Positions 37,798 through 52,200 of a stretch of 64,000 bases of DNA are shown one piece after another. The notes below the pieces were generated by a model. It was given only the letters and a program-made list of their open reading frames with translations, ran no database searches and was not told the DNA's origin. Source of the DNA: Ophelia neglecta (lineage: Eukaryota); contig OZ260663.1 of the NCBI GenBank assembly GCA_965285935.1, positions 72,602,001-72,666,000 on the forward strand, written 5' to 3'. Numbering within the stretch: position 1 is the first letter of the stretch; each line of letters starts with the position of its first letter. Made by a program: the position numbers and the translations under genes.

Positions 37798-40122
37798 AAG
37801 GGCGGTTTCACCGCTGTGGAAGGCAAACAATGATGATAGAAGCTGGCATAGTGCAGGGTGATGTGATGGGTGGTGATGACATTTAATAAAAGGTACCGAA
37901 TTGGAGTACAGGGCAACGAAAAGTATAATAAATAGCAACTGTGGGAGGTCCCACATGAAGGACAGTGAGTAATGGGGAAATAATGTAGGGCGGCGAGTGA
38001 TGGGAAAATCGGTGGACAGCGATGGGGCGACGTGGATGGCGGTGGGCGGTGCTGGGCAGGGCGGTCGAGGGTTGTGAAAGGCACAGACAGCAGTCAGGCG
38101 TTGAGTGAAAAATGGTGGGTGGCAGCTTGTGGTTTCTTGAAATGCAGGGATGCGCGATAGAATGAAGTAGAGAACGGTGGAAGGCGGTGGGTGAGGTAGG
38201 GAAGAAGGGGAAGGAGAGAAAAGTTTAATAAGCGCTACTTATTTAACGTTTTTGTAGAATATTACGATGGCCAACATGGCATTTGGATAATCATTTCCTG
38301 GTAAATCGCCACATTATCATGTTCGAAATATGGACCCATGATTTCCTTAAAGAGTCCATGGTTCAAAATAAATGCTATAGGTAACATATAACCACTGTGT
38401 ATTAACCTTCTTAATTTTTTTATTTTATTATTATCAAGCTCATATTTCAAACGACATTGCTTTGCAGCATGGTCCTAGTAAACCCTTGATTAATGATAAC
38501 CTCTAGGGAGTATAGAGCCTGCTATAATTTCTCTTTCACGATATCAGTCTCGTTTTTTTGTTAAATGAATTGCCCGGGGTCCTTATCAATGATTTTCAAG
38601 TACAGTGTATAAAAAAAATGCCCATGACCCTAACCTAGGCCTGGACTTTAATACACGTGATCCAGGGCTGGACATCAGTACCCATGTATGATCCTTGCCT
38701 AGGGCTGGACCTTACTGCAATGCATCATATTTCAACCATCAATAAGACATGGAAACGCCAAATCACATCTAACAAGATTGTGATGTGTTTCAAATGGATC
38801 CGATAATCAAATGGTCTCATTGTTACGCATTTGTCTGAGTTCTGAGACTGACCAGTAGGTTTGCTCAACTGAAACATTCTTTTCGTTTTAACCTCTGGCA
38901 AGACGGCGTTCTGTCTCAGAAGAGCTTCATGTCCTATTGATTATAGTCTCGGAGGCCAGCCGGAGGACAGATGCGGAAGTGTGCCCAGGAGATGTCCACA
39001 CAGGGCTAACGTATGGTGCCCCAATATCGTCAGTGACTGAATATCGACGCATAAATTTTATGCTTACTCGTTCTCTCGGCAAGAGAGCCACGTTTGAGGT
39101 TTTGATGAAAACAAGTAATTTTTTATGTTTTTATTTTTATTAAGTAGGCTTACTCAAATTATGTAAAGACAGGAAAAAAATACATTATGACAGGTTGAAA
39201 ATAAGCCACTACGTATGTACTCAGGTAGACTGCACCAAATGACGGCAGCACAGGAGGCGATATTTGATTATTTAAAACACTAAATGCCAAGCGAAGCTGT
39301 TTGTAAAAATCCTCGCAAGTTTGAGCATGGGGATAATTCGGTATTTCTTTTGTTAACGGGTCTTTGAAAATCAGGACATTATTTGTTCTCCGAAATTCGA
39401 AATTTGCCGAAATAAAGTGCCCATCGTCAAGGGTGCCCAAATATCGTCGACCATTTAAACGATCGATGCTCGTTTTAAGCAATGAAAGACCGAGGAAGCA
39501 AGACTTTAATTAGAATACAAGATTAAATTTTTAATATCCATTTGCAGAAACCACATTGATTAACCTGTAACCATTTCCTAATGACAAATGCCAAATCAAA
39601 GATACAAGGGCAACACTTGTGACGATATAAGTACCAAAGGGTAATTAGTGCAATGTTCATTCGACGAAATTCGGACCCGGGATTTAATGTCGCCTATTTT
39701 GACTGATCATTTATTTGCTAACTCGTATATGCTTTCTTTCCTTTTATAGCTTTAAAAGGTCCACATGCTTGGGTGAATTTCGATACAACAAATGCAACCT
39801 TAATTATGCCATCGAAAAGAAAATCACGGTCATTAGTGAGTGTGTAAATGGTAGTGATGCTTTCTTCTCCAGCAGTGACGGTGTAATGACAGCCGTTACG
39901 ATGTACAGACTCCCTCGTTGACGATATTCAGATAGGCCTACCAGAGTCCTTAAATCATCGTTTCCAACCACCCACGGAAAAATGCAAAAGAACTTTACTG
40001 ATAAATTCAATAACTCGGAGCTTTCAGTGAATGTGTTCCCTTGTTTTGCACAATTGAATGGGGACATTTGTCTGATTTAGGACATCACAGTGATGCTTTT
40101 AGTGAAACTGGTGATGATATTG

Positions 40123-40319
40123 CAGTGGCGGATCCAGGATTTCAGGAGGGGGGGGGGGCACATTTTCCAAGGTTGACAAGGCCGATGTCTGGAAGGTCCC
40201 CGGTACCAACCCTCTGAAACCACCTTGCGTGGGTCCAGAAATAGGCCCTGGTCCGGGCCCACTATTTGGCAAAAGGAGGGGGGGCGAGTCCCCTGCCCCC
40301 CCCCCTAAATCCGCCACTG
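40123..40319. mobile_element. hAT-like MITE with 5-bp TSD
   Basis: Ends are CAGTGGCGGATCCAGG and CCTAAATCCGCCACTG. TATTG is duplicated at 40118-40122 and 40320-40324. G- and C-runs lie subterminally. Confidence 0.75.
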
Positions 40320-43300
40320 TATTGGGTCATCACACATTGTATGAGCATACACTTAGACCAACACGTATAATGGTGTTGCAGAATTTGTGGCCGGATAATG
40401 ACATTGACTCTGAGTTGTGCAGGAGAATGGCATTGCTCTAAATGAAGATTTTACTTCTGGTGATAAATAAGAGAGTTCACGACCGCAATTATTCAATGAA
40501 CAGTCCGGATTCGAGAAATCAACCTTGTTGATTCTCTCATCAATAATTGCGAGGGGGGGGGGGGGCAAATTTTCTAGATCTATATTTCACTAGCTCCACA
40601 TTGAACAGTTTTGTTCGCCTTCATTATCGGGGACGGTAGGACATCCGGAGTAATTTCGAGGCTCAGCTCGACCGATGGGACAAATCTGGCAACGTGTCTC
40701 AATCTTAACAATTACTAGCATCATCGATCATTGCAGTTTTTTCTCCAGCAAATATCGAGGGCAGTGACTCCATTGGCTGCCCCTCTAAGGAGATGGAGAC
40801 TGATTTGGTAAGCCCGCTGCCTATTGCCCATTACTTACAACGGTGTTCTATTTTAAAACCTTAAATTTTGATGCAGGAATTAAGTCATCCCTGTGATTTT
40901 ATTTCTGCCAAAGAGGTATATATTATTTTTGTCACACCCGAAACAAAAGTAAACTGCTTGGTAGTGGGAAAAAACTTTTTATAATGAATTCAACCAAGAT
41001 TTTTCAGACATAATTTCGTACTTGATAAGGCAAGAAGTGAAATAGATAGGCCAAGTGCTCGATATTATATTTTTAACACATTTGAAAAGCTATCAACAAA
41101 GTTCGGGGAAATACGCGCTATGTAAAATAACCCAACGAGTTTTCGGACGCCGTTATTAATCCAATCTGCCATGCACTACTCCGTATCTTGTCTCAAAATA
41201 CGAATCTGCCAGAAGCAGAACAAACCAGTGCACACTAGGCATACTGGAAATTTGCAAAACCTGATTCTCCTTTTCAAATTCGGACATGACTGGTTGGATT
41301 CGCGCTGAAAAATGACTGCTTGCACATTACCACCGATGGCCAGAAGTGACGTCTGCAAGAGAAGTGTGCTTTTTAGTAGTCAATTAATGTAGTAAATAAC
41401 CACGAAGGAACCCTAAATTACCCGGTAACAGGTTAAACTAGGTGTTAACTACACCCACAACCGCTAAAAACAGTATATAATTATGTAAAAGAATTACCAA
41501 ATTCCAGTAAAACTTGGGGATAAGGGGATCTAATGAGTGTCCAACAGTCACCATCTCCTTAACTTAGCCAGCTGTTCTCTGTCTTTTTAAATGGTTGTCC
41601 TTTTGACCCGCTCTGACATTTATTGCTTAAACTGAGCTTTGATTAAAACCAAGGTGGCGGCAAATTGATCGAGATTATCACAGTTTGCATTAACTTATCT
41701 AAAGCAGGCTCAGAAACAAACTGATTAGTTCATGGGAAATGTCTGTTTCCTCCAAAAACTACGTACGAATGAGACAAGTAAATATGGGAGTCCAGGGCGT
41801 GGGGCTTTGCCTATCACTTAGGTAACCGAACCGTGGAAGATTCGGCCATAACATTAATAAGATAATTGGCGGTAAGGGCCATTAGATACTGACAGACGGC
41901 GCTTCTGAGTTGAGCGATAAATGACACTGTTGTCTGTGCAAGAGGTCATTTCCTCGTGGGTCAATTGATGCAGGCTGGCCAGTAACTCCCATCGACATTT
42001 TTATCGTCCCATCTTTGTTCCAATTTGTTCTCACTGAATCATTCAAAAGAGTGTTTGTCAGACAATCGCTTGATGGCCGGTTGCTATAATCTAGTAATAT
42101 TATGTGGGGTTTATTGGAACAGGCGTATCAAAGGAAATAAACATCTTTAAAATTATCATAGACGAAAAACACCTGGAATGAGTTAACAATTAATAATGTT
42201 TTTAAATTATAAATGACATACAGAGAGATAAGTGGTTTTGTCAAAACTATTTAAGCACTGAGCGACGATAGGGGGCGCACGTGTTATATTAAATGGCCAT
42301 CAGCTCTGCGATAATCCCGTCCTTTCTGTGCTTGAAAGCAATTAACTCACCGAACTTATTGATAAAAAGACCAAGTGATGGTTACACAAAGGACCGTGTA
42401 ATTTTCAGCTCTATGTGGTTTAGATTTACGGTCATTTACCTCTGCCTACAGTTCTGGTCTTCTCGGGTAACTTAACTTTGAGTATTCCATGTAGGCTATT
42501 GTTTACAGAATATCATGACTGTAGGCTATATCTAATACTAGAATTTACTTATTAATTTTTACAGGCCATGTGCTAAGGGAGGGAGTTGGCCATTACACTA
42601 ATACATGCCTACATCTAGGCTATATAGTTTACGGATTCCTCTTTCCTATCTCTCTGTCTACAAGGACCGAAAACACCTGAGCAAAATCTGCAAGTACTAC
42701 ATATTACATAGAAGCACGTAGCTGGAAATCGTTTATACAACAAAACTCAACGGTGCCCGACATCGGAGCCATACCTGTGCTGCTTGGGGCAAACTGTACT
42801 CTACATTTCTGTCTGATTCAGTAGTTTCATATCACTTTGGCCTTTTCTTGAGGTGAGCCATCCGGCCGAGGGCACATGTATGTGGGATGTTTATTGCTTG
42901 CAGGGATAATTGGAAGGGAAGCCGGGTTCCTGGACAGAAATTTATAAAAGAAGGCAGACGTTTATGTGACTATTAGGGCTTATCATAGCTTTAATGTAGT
43001 TAACATTCTAGATGGGATTTTATCTCGGCCAGACTGGTACTCGTTGAACGCTAAATTAATAGAACCAAGTTTCGATCATTCCAAGGGCCGAGTATCCTTT
43101 TAGTCTTTGATATACCATGTTTTTTATATTCCTTTGAGCACAATACGTTTAGAAAATACAGATTAATGTATGCATAAAAATATGATCAAACAGAAAAAGA
43201 AAATTACATGATATTTTGAAAAGAAATATTTTAATTTCAGTGCGAGTGTTTTAGGATTAATGAAAAGAACTCAAAAGAAGGTTATCTGTGAAAAAAATAA

Positions 43301-43959
43301 TAATGAAAAGGAAAATATTAATTAATTGCAGGCTTTAAAAGGTGTGATTTCGTAATTTAATATTTTACAGAACAGCACACGTATAGCTACTTAGTGTGTG
43401 TCGGTTCTAGAAGCTTTTATTTTAGTCTCACATTCTTCTTCCTTGAGTACAACAGCAACACAATGAATAGCATGCTGGCAGACATATCTATTATAATGAG
43501 GGATGGAGAAAATCCTTAAAAGTAGTCTGATATCATCACGAACCAGGCGTCAACCTTCAGGTCCATAATTGAAAATATAACGTTACCTGTAACGAAATTA
43601 AATCTGATAAATAGAAAGAAGTAGATGTTACTTGCAAAGAGAAGTAGTCAACAGTGCAGTCGTGCAAAAGCAGACGACATTAACACTTTAAAATACCTTT
43701 TTTTATTTTTACAAATTTGTAATCGATAAGGGGAGACCTGTCTCCTTGACATTGGCCAAAAGGAAAGCGATTTTCCTTGTGTTAAAATTAACAAACTTAG
43801 ATTCCGATTATATCGATTACTGACTATTTCATTTAAGCGCTGGTTAGGACAAGTAAGTGACCGACTTTCGATTCTACTCGATGATCGTGGCACCACAAGT
43901 AAATGGTTTGCCCTGGCACTAATGCAAGAGGCAGTATCATATGACTAGCCTAAAGGCAG

Positions 43960-44315
43960 ATGGCGGTATTTAAACCGATGAAAATGCAAAAGGCAGTATC
44001 ATATGATAAGTACAATGTCAAAAGGCAGTAGAATATGATAAGTACAATGTCAAAAGGCAGTATCATATGATTAGTACATTGTCAAAAGGCAGTAGAATAT
44101 GAATATTACAATGTCAAAAGGCAGTAGAATATGATTAGTACAATGTCAAAAGGCAGTAGAATATGATTAGTAAAATGTCAAAAGGCAGTATCATGTGATG
44201 AGTACAATGACAAAAAGCAGTATCATATGATTAGTACAAAGGCAAAAGGCGGTACCATAGTTTCGTACGAAGACAAAAGGCTGTATCATATGATTAGTGC
44301 AAAGACAAAAGGCTG
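43960..44315. repeat. 32-bp minisatellite (about 10-11 units)
   Basis: Unit GTACAATGTCAAAAGGCAGTA(G/T)(A/C)ATATGAT(T/A)A; consecutive units start at 44010 and 44042. Confidence 0.9.
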
Positions 44316-47300
44316 TATCATAATTATGATGAGCGCAACCCGATGTAAACCGAAGCTAAGGCAAAGGGCGCTATCGATTAAAATCTCATATTTCAACTTA
44401 TTTATAAAAAAATTGGTATTGTATGAGAAGGATGCAACGTATGGATGTATTTTGATAGCGTTGGATGGCAGGGCGTCCATGATGAGAGTCCAAACTGAAA
44501 ACAAACTAGACCATGGAAAACGTTAGACAAATATAAAATATGCTAGAGAATGGCTACTATGGGCTAGGCTCTCTTTTAATGTTAGACCATGCATACTTGA
44601 TGAAATGGTGCACTTAAACACATGACTAGGCCTAGATAAAAATTAATGAAAGTTGTTTTAAGTCCTTCAGCCTGAATTGGAAACCGGTTTTATATCTCCT
44701 GGTAGAGCAATAAAATGCCGTTCATTTTGTAAAATAACTAATGAGTAAGTCAAGTTTTAATTGTGACTGATAGGTACTTCTGCATATGTGGAGGAATGTA
44801 GTTCTACCCACAGAACAATATTAGTCAGCCTTGCCAGAAAAACAATGCAAATACCGACGAGGGTTGTCTCATTGGCCAGGAATAATTCTCTTTTCGTACT
44901 ATAGGCTACGAGACGAGAAATATTACTGCCGAATGAACATCTGTAACTTGCATTGCCCAATGAACGCCATTGTTTAAATCGGGTGGTTTTTCCATTCAAC
45001 GTCCACCAATGAATTCAAGTCTTACATGTACAACTAATTCCGTTTGATTCGTAGGCTATGTCTACGCTTTATGTATGTTTATACCTAAAAAATGCCGCCG
45101 CGAGCTACAATGATTGACCTGGATTCAAAGGTCATCAGTCACCCAGAAGGACTCTTGTCGAGCCAAAAATATATATATATATTTATGTGACGCTTACCCT
45201 TTCTCTAAATCGGATCAGAGAACATTCTGTAAAGTAAATAATAGTGTGGTTTAGGTTTAACCTTTGGCGGACGTGGTTCTTGTTAGGAAGTGGACAGACA
45301 ACATAGTAAGCCCTGCCTATTGAAACTTGATTCCCAATGACAGCAACAAATTGAGGGGAAACAATGGCCACTTGTTGATCCTAAGGCTTTATGCGTTTCA
45401 GGTCAAAACAATGGCTGCAAAAGGGAAGACTAACATGCTTTTAGATTGTCTGTCTAAAGCAATTAACAGGAGGGGGCTATTGATCTATGGTGTTTCAATT
45501 TTCCATGGACATATAAGTCCCACGCACTTTCCCCGGATACAGGCGAAAACCAAGCGGTTTGCAATATACCGTCAAATCATAATGAACGGCGCCTCGAATG
45601 TTGATTTTGTACTCAAAGGCCTTTCTATTCGTTAGAAAAACAAAGTTAGATCATGGACATTTTAGACAATAGCTACATTTTGGGTTTTCGTTGACACAAA
45701 CTTGCTTTCAAGGGCGACTACAAGTCAGTGGGAATGTTATTGACATTCATTTTGACTTTGGCTCGAAGGGTGGGCCAAGAGACCTTACGTTCGTTCATAT
45801 TCTATCATCTATTTGCCTTATTTAAATGATGCATATAATTATTTGACCATGACAGCCATTCATGTTAACTGTAACAGATATTTTATTACAGCGGCAACAA
45901 CAAAAACCAAGTCTAAGAAATAATAAAGAGATACGTCAAAACCAACATTATATTCAAAACTCCTTTTTCAAAGGAAAATCGCAATGGACGCATCCATAAA
46001 AAAACAGTAATTGAATTCGCAAGCGCCTTATTTAGTGCTTACTCTTGATTTTCCAATAAGAAAAACGGGTGCAAATTGATAAATTGCCCAAAAGCTAGTT
46101 CCAAATGAAAATCCCCTCTAAAACTGCTACACAGTCCTCATGTGACTCAGCGTTATTGTTTTGTCCTTTAATAAGACCCATGTGATAAGTCGACCAGTGA
46201 GACGATGCCTATCAATGTGTGTTGTTAAACGGAAAATTTAAATGTAAACTCCATCAGGCGAGGAATGGAAGACCGCTTTGCATGCTGGAATACTGTGTTA
46301 GGAAAGAAAATCAGGTTACTAGTTATGTTCTGAAGCCACGCTCTTTGTCTGTCTGTAAACTTTAGTGCCCGTTTACCTTGAAATAATTACCAGGATTACG
46401 AGCCTAGGCAAGGTACGCTTTATGCTGGAAGCACGCAACGGGAATTTGCAGTAAATGTAAATCCTTGTATACCAGAGATGTATAAACCGGGAGATTCGAA
46501 TTGGGCCCCTCGGCATCAAGGAATTATTCGCGCTTTTCATATGCTAATGAGCTGCGAATCAGGTCGCACATGCGCAAAAGTGTAAACAAGCTGCGAGGAA
46601 GCCCCAGTAATGACGAAGAGCCACTTTTAGCAAGGCCACAATGGGACACTATGAGGAGTATTTTGGTCTATTTGTGAAGTATACAATGAAACTCAAATAG
46701 TTATAAAACACACACTCATTAAACAAAATTGATTTTTGACCGAACATTTAAGGGCAGAAGTACAAGGCGAAGTGCTAGTATAATTTTCCAATATGAGCCC
46801 TTACAGCCTGGATCTCTACGGCTATCGCTGAATATATCTGTGAGAAAATAACGGCACAAACGCTTGCTATTAAAGCAATAATACTACGTACCGATTCTCT
46901 GTACTAAATATTTAAAATAATGTTAAATTTACCTTCTAAGGTGGATTAAAACGCTGACTACGCCAATTTATTTCTGTTTGAGTTTGGTGACCGCTGTTTG
47001 CTCGGCTTTCTCGATGTGAACACAAAGAAGAAACATACATTGGTTTGTCCGAGGAAGGCTTGGTCAAATGCCGTCTTATGTTTACACATGCATTATATTT
47101 AGTCAAGATGTCGTGCTACGCTGCTTCCTGTAATGCAGGATGATCTGCAAATCTTTGCACTCTGAAGCGTGTCAGCTAAGTGTATGATAAGCCTCTGTAT
47201 TTTGACTTAAATGGCTGTTTAATGGTGGGAGCAGGAGAGTACGAACCCCCCATTGCCCAGCAGTTTCATCAGATGTTTATGGACTGTGTGAAAGGGGTAA

Positions 47301-47399
47301 GTTCGAGGGGTGGTGGGGTCAACCCCTGTCCATTGGGTGAGGTCACGTCCCCGGATTATAGTTGAGGTCCTACCTATGGATGTGGGATGGCGTCTCACT

Positions 47400-47940
47400 C
47401 TTGGAGATTGGTTGGGATCATCCCCTCGGATACAGGTGCTAACCCATGCCTTGAGATTGGCTGGGCTGCCATGCAAGAAGTTTGAGTGGGGTCCCATGCC
47501 AGGAGATTGGGTAAGGCCCCATCCCTGCAGATTGGGTAGGGTTCCAACCCTTAAGACTAGATGGGCTCCCACCACTGGAGATTTAGTGGGCTCCCACACC
47601 TGGAGATTGGGTAGGGTCCCCCACATGGAGATTGGGTAGGGTTCCATAGCTGAAGAGTGGACTGGATCCCACCAATGGAGATTAAGTGGACTCCCACGCC
47701 TGGAGAATGGGTAGGGTCCCACCGATGGAAATTTGGTAGGGTCCCACCCCTGGAGATTGGATGGGCTCGCACTAATGGAGATTGGGTGGGTCCCACCCAT
47801 GGAGATGGGATGGGTCCCCCTGGAGATAACATGGGCTCCCACCCATAGATATTAAGTGGGCTCCTACGCCAGGAGATTGGATTCCTACCCCCTCATCCCT
47901 GGAAATTGGGTGGGCTCCCACCCCTGGATATTGGGCAGAG
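47400..47940. repeat. Degenerate 25-bp minisatellite
   Basis: TGGAGATTGG-like cores at 47601, 47626, 47676, 47701, 47726, 47751 and 47776. Confidence 0.85.
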
Positions 47941-49239
47941 CGCCACTTCAGGTAACTATTATATCTACGCCGAATTACAGGCCACTTACGGGGAAGAATC
48001 CTAACAACGGTTTAGAAATTGAAATCAGATAATATGCACCATTAGAAAACTAGTTGGTGTGTGTGTGGGGGGGGGGGGGGGCGGTAAGAAGATTATTTTG
48101 AAACTTTTTTTAAAAATTACTAAAAACAATTATTTTTCCACTTTGTTACAAAATAAAATTATTCAAACCTTATTTTTTTAAATTGTAGTAAGATAGACTT
48201 TTATTTCGGTTGTTGGGAATACCTTGTTTTTCTAAATATGTCCAACAAACGTTTTTCACAAACAAATGCCACCCCTATCCCAACCCACCCTAGCCCTCAC
48301 CCACACCCACCCATCCCCACGCCTCCAAGTGATATATTATTTCCGTCACTACAATCTTAAAAACAGTTTCCTTATTTCTAGGAAAACACGGAAAATGTCA
48401 ATAGAAATGTTTATTTTAAACATTTTAGATAAAAGATGAACATAAATGTACATGTAGTAGATCAATTTATTTCAACACGTAAGCCTAAGATATCGGTACA
48501 GAAAGAACACAAACATGAAATATTAAAACAAACCAAACGACACAACACGGTTAATACAAATTCACGAATATTCACAGCCTAGAGTCAGCGACAATGGAGC
48601 GTTAAGTAAATAAATATTCATAGTTCACTGTAGAAATATCTATTGTTACAATGGTACATTTTGAAAAGATGTGAAAATGACCATAGACGTTATATTACGA
48701 TTGACGAAAAAGCTGAGGTTTGATTACGAAGCACCTATTATATGACAACATGTTAATTCGTGCCCACAATAAAAATCGCAAGCTCTTTAAAAAGCCTATA
48801 TAACGAGGAATGCGCGTTCATATCACAGTGGAATCTTTAGGTGAATAAATCAAAATGTCATTTTATAAAACATGGCAAAATTGTCCAGTGTCTCAGACCT
48901 GTTAATTTGCTGCAACGACTTGCACACAAAGCGGGGGAATATATAAAAGGTCCTTGTATTCAGAGCGTTAAATTAGATTGTTGCTGATAAGTGTATAGGA
49001 TAATGCATGGGTTTTAAGTAATCAACCCATATTGTAATCCATATTTACCCTGCACGTGTGGTTTTGAGCTCGGCCAATATAGAGTAATGATTGAAAGTAC
49101 ATTTAAGTTTGTGAAAGGTGGGAACGCGACCTGACACCTTTATGGTCGACCCTTTGTATCCTTTTCCTTGCTTTTATTGGCACAGTTCAGATATATCACA
49201 GAAGCAGATTTGACTGTTCACTTGTAATGATGTCCCCGA

Positions 49240-52200
49240 TCAACAGGAAAAGTGAATCCACAGTTTGTGCACAAAAGGAAGCAGCAATGCAGACAATATG
49301 AACTGCAGGGGGTGATTTTGCATGCCAGAACAGCCACTAGGTGTGTCAAGAGATTTGAACTTCTGTTTGTCCTCCGATGACTCCTCTTCGTCGTATATTC
49401 TGTGCTGCGTTGAGCCAGGGAATGGCTGTGTTTCACGTGTGTCGTCAGAAGGGTGAACAACGGCCATTTTCGGTTTTGCCATTTCCGGTTTGGTTTTGGG
49501 GTCTTCCGGTAAACACGCTTCTGTCAAGACAACCAGGTAGCTTTGTTACCATTCATACATTGATTGTGATTTCTCCAGAAAGTAATGAAGCATGATGGAT
49601 ATCGAGCAAATTAATTCATTATTTATAAGACATTGTAACCTACCTTTGACATTCCTCAAAGCGTACCGGATGTGTTCATTTGCAATGTTTTCCACTGCGT
49701 GGTTACAACCAAGGTCTGTGCCGAACATAGTTATTTCCGCATCTAAAACACGAAAACTCTGAAACACAAAGGAGGGTAAAAACCTAATGTATTCAGCGGT
49801 GCGAGTGCTGCGCTGCTATGTGATATAACAATACAATAAGCCTGTCCTGAGCCACTTGACCCGCCGCTCCCAGGGTACACCAGGGCAGCAGCCGTGCCTA
49901 GCAGACGAAGCAGCCCACACAGCACAAAATACTGTTTTGATCATAATTTTCTGACCGTGGAATGTTATACTCATCCAATCTTACATAGCAATTCACCGCT
50001 CCGTGTTCTTCCTTCCACCGTCTGGCAATCAGGAACTGTTTTTCTTCCTCCTGCCACCACTGAAGACACTCTAGTTGGGCCACTAATTGAAAAGGAAGAA
50101 ACCTTTTATGAAATTCAAGAGATGAAAGGTGTGACCTTTCCTCAGTGACAGGTTGTGAGTTTGACCTTATTCATGGTATTATTATTATTATTACCTACCA
50201 GGCCTGTTGTAGCAGGTTGACAAAATGTCGAGACGTCCAATACTTATACACTCTGACGTCACAGCTACCTGACACCGGGAGATGTCGTTGGGGGGCGTAG
50301 TGTAGCGCCCACTGTAGGGACATGCCCGTGGCGTCATCTTTGTCGCTGAAATCATATTTCCAATTAATCTCGAAGCACCGTGAATACGTGCTCTCATAAC
50401 GGTAGTCCTGTTAAAGTACATGAGTCATATTACCATTCATGATAACTTAAACATTAAATTACAATATAAAGTTTTCTTACGTATTAACAGATGCTTTCGG
50501 GCCTCAATAAAATTTTCACTGTTGCATGCTACATGGTTCTCCTGAACAAAGTCGCCTGCAGGAATATGAAAAGAAATCATAGAACTTCACAAAAACACGA
50601 AACGTGCTAATGTAACTTTCCTAAAATGTTAAGAATCACGTTGCTTGCTTATATAGGCAACATATAAAGTAATATTGGTTTATAAGTACCTATAACTGGT
50701 CTGGTTTTCACCCTGTACGGCCAGGTACATGAACGATTCGTATTGCTATTTTATTTATATCTCCAGTATAATTGATCGTTAATCTCTTACCCCTTTGTAA
50801 TTCCAATATATTCGGTTGTCTTTGTGATATTCTAAGACACTGGAATGCTGGAGCACTGAAATAGGTACAAATCGTCATACCCGCACCTGATATGATAACC
50901 AATCATAGGGCACAGTATTTAAACTGACCAATAATATAAGGGATTACAAGGAAAAACACTACTGCAGCTACTTGTGTTACCCTTACCATTGATCTAGCGT
51001 GTAACTGAGCACTGTCACTGCATTGGAATGGGTATTGTTTTCTTCCTCAAGGCGAATACATTTGTACGAGCTCCTTATATGGGCAGTCGTATTGGGGTTT
51101 GCTCTGTACGTGACGTGAACAACTTTTCCCAACGGGTCTTCGCTGTGAAACATATGTTTACCCGACAGGTCGCGCCACGAATCACTTATCAACCAATAGG
51201 GAAACGAACATTCCGGCTCAGGCCATCCGTAAATGTCTATAAAGAAAAAGATACAAAAAAATATGAGAGGATTAAAGAAGAAACTAGAGTCTAGACATAA
51301 CTCAACATAGTGAAAAAGTGAAATCTCTTTTTTTTTTCAATTGTGGGTTACACCATTGACTCCAGATTAGCGCATCTGATTGTAGTCATAAAAAGCCACA
51401 TTTTACGTTACATAATTAAACACTAGGACATAATATCAATTTCTTTTGGTGTTATGAATAAAATTCTCTTTTAACATAGCCACAGTTGCAAACCTTTTGT
51501 GAACTCCATCACCATTGGTCCGTCTCTTGCGTCTCTCAAGCCCCGACAGGTGGCGTCTGCTGACATTGAGATATATACTACTGTCCCCAGCATCTGATAC
51601 ATCTGAAAGAGGTAAAAGACCTATAGTTATTAGCAGAAGGTGATTTATCATAAATTAGACATCGTGCACCTTCCTAGGCGATTTCCAGAATAAAACGAGA
51701 ACTAATAGGACAATGTGTCTGGGACATATAACAAACATCAAACACTGACCGAACAGCGGTACATATCATCTTTATCTTTCACGATACTTCCGGTAAAGCG
51801 GCCGTACAAATACATATCTGATCCGTCTCGCCACGAGGCCACACATTCCAGTTCCATTTCTGTAAATGTAAATTATAGAAAATCAATGGAAAAATACAAA
51901 ATAAAAGCAACGGACAAATTGGAGAATAGACTTAATGGAAAAGGGACCCAAAAGGATGAGTTGGGCGGTCAATACTATACTCTCCCGCCCTTTCGAGAAT
52001 AATGCGACTCTCCTTTTTAAAATTCTTTTACTATTCATTTGTTCATACCTCTATCCGCTGTATATGCAGCGTATGTACAATGTCGAAAGCCAAATCTGAA
52101 CTTAGACTGGGCGGCACACTGGTGTACGTAAGACATGGGACTTCGACAAAAACCGCCTGAGTTGTTGTTGTACGTGAAGTGATAGGCGCCTTCAAACGGG

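Noticed and set aside
37207-38084. 249-aa and 281-aa repetitive ORFs
   Set aside because: By-products of the 45-bp minisatellite.
43960-44315. CRISPR-like appearance of 32-bp repeats
   Set aside because: The units are head-to-tail with no unique spacers, the context is eukaryotic and there are no cas genes.
47219-47848. 207-aa Pro/Gly-rich ORF and overlapping ORFs
   Set aside because: Derived from the degenerate 25-bp tandem repeat.
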